Below the pieces are notes generated by a model. That model did no database searches. It saw only the letters and a list, made by a program, of their open reading frames with translations, and was not told the DNA's origin. Shown piece after piece: positions 39,269-48,362 of a stretch of DNA of 64,000 nucleotides; the first letter of the stretch is position 1; the number at the start of each line of letters is the position of its first letter. A program made the translations under genes and the position numbers. The DNA comes from Terriglobia bacterium (GTDB taxonomy: Bacteria > Acidobacteriota > Terriglobia > 20CM-2-55-15): NCBI GenBank assembly GCA_965198225.1, contig CBDAOY010000005.1, positions 416,001-480,000 on the forward strand. Reading direction: 5' to 3'.

Positions 39269-41218
39269 ATGAACGACCAGATCAAGATTGACAAGAAGGA
39301 AGAAACCGACGAACGCCCTCTTGGAAAGATTGCCCTGTCCCTGTCCGGCGGTGGAGGTCGGGCAGCCGGATTCCACATGGGGGCCCTCGCCTACCTGGAT
39401 CGCGTCGACTTGCTGAAGGACGTTACGATCCTTTCGTCGGTGTCCGGTGGCAGCCACGTTGCGGCCAAGTACGCGCTGACACTGAAGAAGGCGCCTGAGG
39501 AGGAACCCCTCCCCGTCACATTTAGTCGTTTCTATCAGGAGTACTTCGGTTTTCTGATGCGTGCGAACCTGGTGCCGCGGGCCTTCGAGAAACTCAGTGC
39601 ACGGTCCAAACCCGATTCAACCCGCAAATCCGAACGCCAGAATGCGGTACTGGCGTTGGCGGACATCTACGACGAGTCGGAAAATTTTCTGAACGGCGCC
39701 CGATTCGATGTGTTCTGGGGAGGCAGGGAAATCCATCTGAAGGAAATCATCATCAACACGACGGAGTTCAAAACGGGGATGACCTTCCGCTTTCATAAGG
39801 GCGCGTCCAGCCGCAGGAGCGGCAACCGCTTTGTCCCGCTGCCCGAGGACTACGCGCGCAAGGCCCGCCTGGCAGACATCGTCGCCGCGTCCTCCTGCAT
39901 TCCGGTCGGACTCGAGCCCATGTTTTTCCCGCAAGATTTCCGCTGGCCGGAAGATGAACCGAAGCTATGCGGTGAGATCGAAGGCTACATCGCGTACCAC
40001 TGCGGCAGCGACACGCAAGGCAACAGGGTGGCGTCCGTGTCCCTGATGGACGGCGGGGTGTACGACAACCAGGGCACCGACTCGGTGGCGATCGCGCTCA
40101 GGCCGGATTCGCGCCAGGACCTGGAGAGGGCGGACATGATCGCCGCCAGATTCGTCCGCAAATATGACGAAATACCGGTAACGGCGGAGCTCGGACTCCT
40201 GATCATATCGGACACCCCGATCCTGAACGACAACGTCTACCCGGCACCGGATCCGGCCCGCCCCGCCGCGAAGGGTCGACTGACGCTCGGCCATCTGAAC
40301 CGCGCGATGCTCACCTTGACGGTTCTCGGATTGGTGATGGTTCTCATGAACATCGTTTCTTTCGTCACGGCCATAGACGATTTAGGGAAGGAAATATCCG
40401 ACGCTGCTGCGCTTGCCGATGCCACCGTGTGGTCGGCCGTAAAGTTCTTCTGGAGTGAGATCACTATAAACCAAGCCGTGAACTTCCTCGCCTCGGGCAT
40501 GCCGGTCATCGTCGGGCTGTTGATGCTCAGTATCTTTTCGCGGGTCCGATCCAGCGTGCGGGCGGCCCTGTTGAAGCTACCCGAATCCGATGCAGGTGAG
40601 GGGGCTGGATCTGAAAAGGCGAAACCCAAACCAGGAACTCTCGGCTGGTTTGCGCGTCGCCGTGTCGCGTGGAATCGATGGAAGAGCTTGAGCGGGTTGA
40701 GGGTGAGCATGCTGATGGAAATGATGGACCTGCGCCTGACTTCCACCTGGGCTCTGACCAGCACCATTTTCCTGGACCGCATCCGTTCGCTCGGGTACTC
40801 GCTGCTCCACAATCGTGACGACATCAAGGACCGGGTCATCAAGAACGAGATCTATTGCATAGTGGAGCAGGAGAACAAAGGTTCGAAACATGCGCCGTCG
40901 GCCCAGATGCTCGCGGTGGCTCAACGTGCCTCCACGATGGAAACGCAACTCTGGTACGACGATGACGCCCAGTTGAAAGACCTGGTCGCCTGCGGGCAGT
41001 TCACCATGTGCTACAACCTCCTCGAACATATTGACAAACTGCGCGCAGCCGGGAAGGACAGCGGCCTGGCGAGCCTCTACAAGAAGCTGGAAGACGACTG
41101 GCAGGAGCTGAGAAAGAAACCCTTCGAGTTGATCCCCGAAATGAAAAAGCCCGAGGGCGGGAGCGGCGACAAGGGTTCCTCGACGGTGAAACCGAAGGTT
41201 CGGGCCGCCAAGGCCTGA
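39269..41218 (+). CDS. Patatin-like phospholipase with internal TM hairpin
   Basis: LSLSGGGGRAAG, SSVSGGS nucleophile, DGGVYDN; two hydrophobic helices; GGAGG RBS before MNDQIK. Confidence 0.85.
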   Translation: MNDQIKIDKKEETDERPLGKIALSLSGGGGRAAGFHMGALAYLDRVDLLKDVTILSSVSGGSHVAAKYALTLKKAPEEEPLPVTFSRFYQEYFGFLMRANLVPRAFEKLSARSKPDSTRKSERQNAVLALADIYDESENFLNGARFDVFWGGREIHLKEIIINTTEFKTGMTFRFHKGASSRRSGNRFVPLPEDYARKARLADIVAASSCIPVGLEPMFFPQDFRWPEDEPKLCGEIEGYIAYHCGSDTQGNRVASVSLMDGGVYDNQGTDSVAIALRPDSRQDLERADMIAARFVRKYDEIPVTAELGLLIISDTPILNDNVYPAPDPARPAAKGRLTLGHLNRAMLTLTVLGLVMVLMNIVSFVTAIDDLGKEISDAAALADATVWSAVKFFWSEITINQAVNFLASGMPVIVGLLMLSIFSRVRSSVRAALLKLPESDAGEGAGSEKAKPKPGTLGWFARRRVAWNRWKSLSGLRVSMLMEMMDLRLTSTWALTSTIFLDRIRSLGYSLLHNRDDIKDRVIKNEIYCIVEQENKGSKHAPSAQMLAVAQRASTMETQLWYDDDAQLKDLVACGQFTMCYNLLEHIDKLRAAGKDSGLASLYKKLEDDWQELRKKPFELIPEMKKPEGGSGDKGSSTVKPKVRAAKA

Positions 41219-41361
41219 GAATTGGGGACCCGGTTAGCAGTGCTGTCCAAACAATTTGGATTGAGCCCCGCTGGCGGGATAAGCCCGGGGGATTCGGAAG
41301 TCGTCGCGTCGAGTCTGCGATGAAGTTTCGGTGCAGGAGACAATCGAAACTCTAGGATCGG

Positions 41362-41431
41362 GTGTAGGTGCGCTCTATGAGCGCACAGCGTTTCGGTTCG
41401 AAGATTATGCGGTCATAGACCGCACCTACAC
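41362..41431. repeat. GTAG-type REP doublet (B + inverted A)
   Basis: gtgtaggtgcgctctatgagcgcac ... tgcggtcatagaccgcacctacac. Confidence 0.85.
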
Positions 41432-41435
41432 CTTC

Positions 41436-42665
41436 CTAGCCCTCATACGCCAACAGTCCCTGCGGCTGGCGATCGATCACGCGCGCAGCTGATCGCAACA
41501 TGAGCCCTCCCACCGCCACCGGCACGGCCGTCATGGCGATCGCCAGCTCGAGGCTCCAACCGTCGCTGATCCTTCCGAGCAGATAGGGCGACAAGGCGTC
41601 TCCGAGCATGTGACTGAGAAGGACGCTGATCGCCACCGCCGACGCGCGCAGGCTCGCGGGTACGCAGCCGACGAGGGACGCGTTGAGAGGACCAAGGGTG
41701 GCGCCCAGGAGCGCAGCGGACATGAACGAGAGGGTCAGAACGGCGGGCACCGACCTCAGCCAGGGCATCAGCATCAACAGCGGCGCTGCGGCGAGCATGA
41801 CGTAACTCGAGACCGCGAAGTAGCCGCCCTGATGTTGCCGGAAGGCGCGGTCGGCGAACACACCTCCGACGATCGTTCCCAGGACTCCCCCTCCTACGAT
41901 GACGCCGCCGAAATAGATCCCTGCCGCCTCGGGTGTCAGGCCCTGGGTTCGCACGAGGAAGGTGGGCATCCAGAAACCCATGCCCCCGACGGTGAACAGC
42001 ATCAGGGCCGAGCCCAGCGTGTTGAACCGCCAGCCCGGGGTGTGCAGCAACCGTCGCCAACTCTGGGGACCCGACAGCCGCGGGCCGGCTTCGATGTCGT
42101 CGTCGGTGGCGCCTCTTTCCGGCTCCTCGAGCAGCAGGGCGACGATCGCCATCACGAGACCCGGGGCACCGGCTACGTAGAAGGCGCTCCGCCAGCCGAA
42201 CTGCTGGCCGACGTAGCCACCGAGCAGATAACCCATGGCGCTGCCCACCGGCACCGACAGATAGAACCAAGCCAGGACGCGGCCTCGCTGCTCCTTTCGG
42301 AACAGGTCGGCGATGATGCCCGGCGCCACGACCGCGTACCCCGCCTCGCCGATGCCGATCAGAGCCCTGGTCAGGAGCAGTGCCTCGTAGTTCGGCGCCA
42401 GACCGCTGCCGATGGTAGCCAGGCTCCACAGCAGCACTCCGCCCGACACCAGGTACTTTCGGACGATGCGGTCGCCCAGGTACCCGGAAAGCGGCGAGGC
42501 AACCAGGAACATGACCATGAACACGCTCCCGAGCAGACCGCCAAGACTGTCGGAGAGCGCGAAGTCCTCCTTGATCCAGGGCAGGACCGCGCTCAGCACG
42601 TAGCGGTCCAGATAGCTCAGGAGGCTGATCACCGTGAGAGCGATCAACGCGGTTCGTTGATTCAT
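41436..42665 (-). CDS. MFS transporter, Spinster-like
   Basis: LLSYLDRYVL, GYLGDR, RALIGIGEAGY...IADLF, HMLGDALSPYLLG. Confidence 0.85.
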   Translation of the reverse strand: MNQRTALIALTVISLLSYLDRYVLSAVLPWIKEDFALSDSLGGLLGSVFMVMFLVASPLSGYLGDRIVRKYLVSGGVLLWSLATIGSGLAPNYEALLLTRALIGIGEAGYAVVAPGIIADLFRKEQRGRVLAWFYLSVPVGSAMGYLLGGYVGQQFGWRSAFYVAGAPGLVMAIVALLLEEPERGATDDDIEAGPRLSGPQSWRRLLHTPGWRFNTLGSALMLFTVGGMGFWMPTFLVRTQGLTPEAAGIYFGGVIVGGGVLGTIVGGVFADRAFRQHQGGYFAVSSYVMLAAAPLLMLMPWLRSVPAVLTLSFMSAALLGATLGPLNASLVGCVPASLRASAVAISVLLSHMLGDALSPYLLGRISDGWSLELAIAMTAVPVAVGGLMLRSAARVIDRQPQGLLAYEG

Positions 42666-42708
42666 ATATCGCAACCAGGAAGTTTGACGTCGACGAGGTA
42701 CTCGGGGA

Positions 42709-44910
42709 TCAGCCCTCCGGGCTCACTGCATCCGGGAGCTTGATCGGCTGGACGAGCGCACCGTTGCCGGCCGAGTCCCACACCGCAAAACGTACCCATT
42801 TCTTGCCAGTGACGTTGAAGGGGATCTCGAAGCGATGGCGACCGAACGGAGGTAGATCGGTCGCGGGTAAGATCTGCCGGTCCGTATTCTGCCCGTCGCC
42901 CCAGACCACTTCGACGAACTCCAGTGGGAAAGTCCACTCCACTTCGGCCACCACCGTCCGTACAGCTCCGGTCCCTTCGACGGAATACGATGGGATCAGT
43001 ACCTCGCCCGATGTCACAAAATAGTCACCGCGCCGGATCGCATCGATCACGGGACTCATGTCGTCTGGCGTCGGCACCGAATCGAGCTTCAGGTAGTTCA
43101 CTGGATTATTCGCGTAGACGTCGTCGCCCGGTTGTTTTGCATAGGTTTCGGTGATGGCCAGAATGTATTTCAGAGGGGTCGGAAGGTCTGCCATCCAGTT
43201 GCTCATGTCATCGAACAGGGGCATGACGCGATAGTCCGACATGCGACGCTCGGACAGGTCCAGGCCCATACCCCATCGCCACCCGATCCCGCGATAGTTC
43301 TCATCCTGGAAGTGCGGCGTGTCCTTGACCACGTCCGGGTAGTACGTCGATCCCTTCGTGCGGGGATGCGGCATGAAGATCAGCGCGTTCTCCCGACGCG
43401 CCATTTCCATCACATCTGCCGCGCTGCCCACATGATAGAGCGTGCCATAGGTGGGGTGCTCCTCGACGAAGGGCTGACCCGGGGCACGGTCTGTGGTCCA
43501 GAAGACCTGGTGCGAGAACAGGATGTCCCAGTGCCCCCCGAGAAGCTCGATCTGTTCCTCATTGGGCATGATCAGGAAATCCTTGTCGGAATGTCTCCGC
43601 GCACCTTCGAAGTACTCGGCCAGGACCTCGAGACGCTCAGGGGTTCTCATCCAATCGGTCGGACTGATGATGTTGATCCCCGTCGCCTTGAGAGCGTGAA
43701 AGTCGGGTAGCCTGGTGTCCGGGTTGCCCGATTCCCGCAACCGCCGCCCCATGCTCATGTGATAGTGACTGGCCATGACCTGGAAGCCCGGTACGGGTTT
43801 GTAGCGGTCCCCGCGTGTGAAGGCCAGTGCTCCTTGGAGCGCAGACGTCGCAGGTTCGGGGCTGACGTAGAAGTACACGGCCATCCGCTGTGACGTCCCT
43901 GGGCGGGCGCTGTAGAGCGCGAAATTGGCCTTCCAGCGTGGGTCCTCCTCGCGCTCGGCCTGGCGAACCCCGAAGGAAAACGACGAATCACTGTCCTTGC
44001 GGTACCAGGCGTAACCGAGGTTGGTTTCTACTTCCCGAGACCAGAAGAAAGTATGCGGCGGAGGGAACGCCGCAATCGACCCGGTCGGGCCTTCGGCGAC
44101 GATGACGCGATTGCTGACTTTCAGGGGTACCTCGTCCTCGTTCGGAGTTCCGCCAAACCGGTAGTCCTGCAACAGGTTCGACAGGTCGCGCCAGACCACG
44201 CGCGCGCCGTCCCGCACTCTCAAGCCCCGGAGGCCGGCGTGGTACTTGTAAGCGACCGAGGGCTCCTGGGTCCGGGCGACGGCTTCCATCCGAATCAGGT
44301 TCGTGCCCCTGTAGAGGGTGTATTGCAGGCGCCCTCGAAAGACGCCGAGCTCCATGCCGGGGAACGAGATTTCCAGACGCGCTCCGTCGGTTTTCACATT
44401 GCAGCCATCCGCCTGGTAGGTGGCAGTTGAGCGATCGATCTCTTCCGGCGTTCTCGGCATATTGAGGTTGGTGGTGCCGCGTCCGTCCATCCCCGGGACG
44501 TCGAGCGGAGCATCCCAGAAGGCGCCCCACTTCAGCGGCTCGACGACCTCGGGAGTGATCTCGATGCCGAGGTCTCTCAGGGGAGCGAGCTGTTGTCCGG
44601 TCATGCGGCGGACACCGGATACCACGCGAAACTCGGGAGTGAGGTTGCTGGCCACGTTGACCCATTCGGAGGCGTCCTTGCGTTTGATGGCAAGATCGCT
44701 GATCGTGGGCGTACCCGCGCGAATCTCGAAACGCAGTTGCAGTTCCTGGTTGTTGTCCCCGTCCCACCTCAGTTCGAGCGTGTCGCCGTCGACCCCGGCC
44801 TGGAGGCCTGGCGCGGCCTCGTACTCCTGAAGGTCACAACTCAGTGTCTGGCCGTATGATGCATGCCCGAACATTACCAGTGCGCCCAACAATGCGACGG
44901 GTACTTTCAT
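42709..44910 (-). CDS. Secreted hypothetical protein with C-terminal PHP-like metallohydrolase domain
   Basis: Signal peptide from MKVPVA (GGAGG RBS); SHYH, PTDW, PNEE, GGHW, MPHP, AIRRGDYFVTSG resemble PHP/CehA-McbA motifs. Confidence 0.55.
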   Translation of the reverse strand: MKVPVALLGALVMFGHASYGQTLSCDLQEYEAAPGLQAGVDGDTLELRWDGDNNQELQLRFEIRAGTPTISDLAIKRKDASEWVNVASNLTPEFRVVSGVRRMTGQQLAPLRDLGIEITPEVVEPLKWGAFWDAPLDVPGMDGRGTTNLNMPRTPEEIDRSTATYQADGCNVKTDGARLEISFPGMELGVFRGRLQYTLYRGTNLIRMEAVARTQEPSVAYKYHAGLRGLRVRDGARVVWRDLSNLLQDYRFGGTPNEDEVPLKVSNRVIVAEGPTGSIAAFPPPHTFFWSREVETNLGYAWYRKDSDSSFSFGVRQAEREEDPRWKANFALYSARPGTSQRMAVYFYVSPEPATSALQGALAFTRGDRYKPVPGFQVMASHYHMSMGRRLRESGNPDTRLPDFHALKATGINIISPTDWMRTPERLEVLAEYFEGARRHSDKDFLIMPNEEQIELLGGHWDILFSHQVFWTTDRAPGQPFVEEHPTYGTLYHVGSAADVMEMARRENALIFMPHPRTKGSTYYPDVVKDTPHFQDENYRGIGWRWGMGLDLSERRMSDYRVMPLFDDMSNWMADLPTPLKYILAITETYAKQPGDDVYANNPVNYLKLDSVPTPDDMSPVIDAIRRGDYFVTSGEVLIPSYSVEGTGAVRTVVAEVEWTFPLEFVEVVWGDGQNTDRQILPATDLPPFGRHRFEIPFNVTGKKWVRFAVWDSAGNGALVQPIKLPDAVSPEG

Positions 44911-44941
44911 CGTTAGTCCTCCCATAACTACGGGCCCGATT

Positions 44942-46531
44942 CTATCGGGCTTTGAGGGCCGCGGCACCAAAACTCGTCAGGGCCGCTCCCGCTATAAACC
45001 CTCCTGCCAGCACGTACATCGGATTCTGCACTGACTCCCCATACTTGCGTAGGAGCAGCCCCCGGACAATCAGCGCAACGGCGGCGGTCCAGCCGGCGAT
45101 CGGGTTGTATATCAGCAAGCCTGTTGCGAACAGGATTCCGATCTGCCGGGCGGGTCCACCTGCGAGTTGCACAAGCGCACCGGGTATGGCCCATTTCAAG
45201 AGCGACTGAGCCAGGCCTGGTGTCGTCCCCGCTTCGATGGTGGCCACGAAGACTCGGGTGACCGGGGGAACAAGATCGTTCCCGAAGTAGTGTTGGTACG
45301 AAAAAAGAACGACCAGTCCGGCCACGGTGAAACCAATCAGCTCGGCAAAATACTGTTGTTTTCTCCCTTCTCGCTCCAGAGCCGGGTGGCGTCCATTCCC
45401 CCTGAGAATCCATCCCGCTTTGAGATCGTAGCCCATATCCGCGAAGGCTGGACCGGTTGCGGCCGTAAACCCGACCAGCAACGCCAACGGCACGGAAGGG
45501 AAGCCGAGCAACATGCCGACCACGAGGAATATCAGTGCCGTGGCGAACGCCGGAAACCAGCCCGCGTGCATTGCAGATATGCCGACAATGAGTTCCGACA
45601 CGAGAGCCGCGAGGGCGGCAAAGAGAATGAACCCAACCAACATGCCCGGGGTCAGGCTCGACGCGATACCGCCGAGCAACGCAATTCCCGTGGCGATAGC
45701 GCCGAAAGCGAGGAATCCTCGACCGAGGGTTTGGCGAACGCCATGTCGATCGACGGTCGGCGAAGATGCACTCTCAGCCGCGGCCGATGCCGTTCTTGTC
45801 ACGTATACGATCTGCAGGATGGCAACCACGCCCGCGCCAATCATGACCCCGTGTGGCATGTATAACGCATTCAAATCCAACCCGAACACCGCCGTAGTGT
45901 AACCGCGTGTCAACAGGCCCAGGGCAAACATCGCCAAAGCCCAGATGTTGCCAATCCAGCACACCCCGAACACATCCATCGGAACGCCCAGATACTGGCC
46001 AAATCCTCCGACCAGTCCACCGACTCCGAGCAGGCGCGCGCGTTTTCCTCCTCGATCGCCGGCGATGATGCATTCCGCCGTGGCGACACCGGACGGCCAC
46101 AGGCCTCTGGCTGGATATATGGTTGAATCGAACACGCGGTAGAGTATGGTGGCGTCCAGCACGAGGGCCGCAAACGCGCCGATCATCATGACCGGAACGA
46201 GTTCCGGCGCTCCGATCAGCCACAGCACTGCGATGGGCAGCAGGATCGCGTTGGCCCCGCCGAACGTGGCGCCGGAGATGATCGTTTGCATCAGGTTTTG
46301 CCGCGATACATCAGCGAAGGGCCGGGCGATCTGCAATGGAACACGGGACACGGCGATCGCTATGACCGCGGCGATGATCGAACTGTTGGGGGTGATGCCC
46401 ACGCGCGTGAGCAGCTCGAGACCGATCACCACACCGAGGATCGCCAGCAACACTCCGAGAAACAGCGTTATCGGTTCGAAGATAGAAGGATGGTCCGGGG
46501 GATCGGGGCCTGGCGCCGTTCTGGAGCTCAA
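44942..46531 (-). CDS. OPT/YSL-like multi-pass membrane transporter
   Basis: Many TMs; GITPNSSII, RQNLMQTIISGATF, GPAFADMGYDLKAG; TTG start overlapping the AroM stop is inferred. Confidence 0.7.
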   Translation of the reverse strand: MSSRTAPGPDPPDHPSIFEPITLFLGVLLAILGVVIGLELLTRVGITPNSSIIAAVIAIAVSRVPLQIARPFADVSRQNLMQTIISGATFGGANAILLPIAVLWLIGAPELVPVMMIGAFAALVLDATILYRVFDSTIYPARGLWPSGVATAECIIAGDRGGKRARLLGVGGLVGGFGQYLGVPMDVFGVCWIGNIWALAMFALGLLTRGYTTAVFGLDLNALYMPHGVMIGAGVVAILQIVYVTRTASAAAESASSPTVDRHGVRQTLGRGFLAFGAIATGIALLGGIASSLTPGMLVGFILFAALAALVSELIVGISAMHAGWFPAFATALIFLVVGMLLGFPSVPLALLVGFTAATGPAFADMGYDLKAGWILRGNGRHPALEREGRKQQYFAELIGFTVAGLVVLFSYQHYFGNDLVPPVTRVFVATIEAGTTPGLAQSLLKWAIPGALVQLAGGPARQIGILFATGLLIYNPIAGWTAAVALIVRGLLLRKYGESVQNPMYVLAGGFIAGAALTSFGAAALKAR

Positions 46532-47181
46532 AGCAGTTGAGCGACGGCGCAGGCGACGAGACGGCGTGCGAGCAGCACAGGTCGTCGGGAAACCTTGGCC
46601 ACGGTGGATCGCATCGTTTCGGAGTAACCCAGGCAATGCATGACGGTCACGTCGGCCGGGGAGAGTTCCCGGGCCGCAGCTTCTAAACGGTCCGCTGAAT
46701 ACGGAGACGCGAAGCTCGTAAGGAGAGCCTGATTGTCATGGGGTCGATAGTGGAGCTCCCCGATCTGGCTTTGCAAAGGAACCATGATACCCACGGTCGA
46801 AGCTGTGCGCGCGATCGTGTCGATTCCACGATCGACAATCTCCTGGGCCTCGAGCAAGAGCCCTCGCGACGTAAGGTTGCCGAATCGACCCGTACAGAGC
46901 AGGACGACGCAATCGGTACCGTCGGCTTCGGCCGCGTCGATCACATTCTGCACGCGTGGTTCGAGTTTCGACTTGCCGAGCAGCACTTCGCGTCCGTCGC
47001 GCAGGCGAGTGACGAGCCTGGGGTCATGATCGTCGGGTCGAAGCGCATGGATCTCCTCATCCCTCAGCCCGTCGAGGGCGCCACGTTCCTCGATATTCGG
47101 CGACGCCCCGAGCCAGGGCAACATCTCAGGCACAAGGTCCGTTCGAGGAGACTGACCAATCGTCACGAATGTGACTCTCAC
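46528..47181 (-). CDS. AroM family protein
   Basis: TIGQSPRTD, LVTRLRDG, LLCTGRF, MHCLGY. Confidence 0.85.
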   Translation of the reverse strand: MRVTFVTIGQSPRTDLVPEMLPWLGASPNIEERGALDGLRDEEIHALRPDDHDPRLVTRLRDGREVLLGKSKLEPRVQNVIDAAEADGTDCVVLLCTGRFGNLTSRGLLLEAQEIVDRGIDTIARTASTVGIMVPLQSQIGELHYRPHDNQALLTSFASPYSADRLEAAARELSPADVTVMHCLGYSETMRSTVAKVSRRPVLLARRLVACAVAQLL

Positions 47182-47276
47182 GGCGCATACGATATCATGG
47201 CGTGTCCGGTGCTACTACTCGCCCGGCTTTCGCGGTGAGACGGATCGTTTGAGCGCCGTTAGGATTGTCTGCCCCG

Positions 47277-48362
47277 ATGACTATTCACCGCGAAATACAG
47301 TCGGACGAACTGGAGCCGCTCGCCGCGGGTGCGTGGATCCTGGGCGCCGGCGGGGGCGGTAGCCCGTACCACGCCTTTCTGGGTATTCGAGAGCTTTATC
47401 AGAAGGGGCGACGCGTCACGCTCCTGGATCCCGCCGCCCTTGATGATGAAGATCTCGTCGCGGTCGTATCCAACATGGGTGCGCCATTGGTCGGCCAGGA
47501 AAGGCTCGCGGACGCTGCTTTGGCGGCGAAACCGGTACGGATGATGGAGGCGTACCTGGGTCGTCGCTTTCGGGCGGTCATGTCCCTGGAGATTGGGGGC
47601 GGAAACGCTATCCAGCCTCTTCTCGTTGCCGCCCTCATGGATATACCGGTGGTCGACGCCGACACGATGGGTCGAGCTTACCCCGAAGCGCAGATGACGA
47701 GCTTCGCGATTGCGGACCTTCCCATGTTTCCACTCACGCTGGGCGACGTGCGGGATAACGAAGTGATCGTCTCGCGCGCAGCGAGCTGGAAATGGATGGA
47801 GCGTATCAGCCGAAAAGTGTGTACCGAGGTGGGTTCCATTGCGGCCACGTGCAAGGCGCCGCGCACAGGCCGTGAGGTACGGGAGTTTGGCATTCTCTAT
47901 ACCGTCTCGAAAGCGATAGGGATCGGACAGGCCCTGCATCAAGCCCGTGCCGATCATCGAGACCCGATCGCGGCCGTGTTGGATGTGACGAGCGGCCAGT
48001 CACTCTTCTCCGGTAAGGTGGTCGATGTCGATCGTCGAACGACCGAAGGATTCCTGCGCGGCAGCGCCAGTATTGAAGGGCTGGATGACCAATCTGGCCA
48101 ACAGCTTCGGCTGGAGTTCCAGAATGAGTTCGCCATCGCGTCGATAGACGGCGTCGCGCAAGCGATGGTTCCCGAGATCATCTGTGTGATGGACGCGGAG
48201 TCGGGAGAAGCGGTGGGGACCGAAACGTTGCGGTACGGCCAGCGGGTGTGTGTCGTGGTGCTCCCGGCGCCGCCGATCCAGATGACGGAAAAGGGACTGG
48301 AGCACGTTGGGCCGCGCGCGTTCGGTTACGACATGGATTTTCGCTCCTGCTTCAACCGATGA
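47277..48362 (+). CDS. DUF917 family protein
   Basis: LGAGGGG, EIGGGN, VDADTMGRAYPE, FQNE, LRYGQRV, VGPRAFG. Confidence 0.88.
   Translation: MTIHREIQSDELEPLAAGAWILGAGGGGSPYHAFLGIRELYQKGRRVTLLDPAALDDEDLVAVVSNMGAPLVGQERLADAALAAKPVRMMEAYLGRRFRAVMSLEIGGGNAIQPLLVAALMDIPVVDADTMGRAYPEAQMTSFAIADLPMFPLTLGDVRDNEVIVSRAASWKWMERISRKVCTEVGSIAATCKAPRTGREVREFGILYTVSKAIGIGQALHQARADHRDPIAAVLDVTSGQSLFSGKVVDVDRRTTEGFLRGSASIEGLDDQSGQQLRLEFQNEFAIASIDGVAQAMVPEIICVMDAESGEAVGTETLRYGQRVCVVVLPAPPIQMTEKGLEHVGPRAFGYDMDFRSCFNR

Noticed and set aside
39024-41218. Diversity-generating retroelement TR/VR pair for the duplicated 144-bp tail
   Set aside because: The mismatches are not confined to adenines of one copy, and no reverse transcriptase is present.
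41222-41323. Short frame LGTRLAVLSKQFGLSPAGG resembling the end of a phage P27-type small terminase
   Set aside because: Only about 8 residues of resemblance, no RBS and no other phage genes; not distinguishable from chance.
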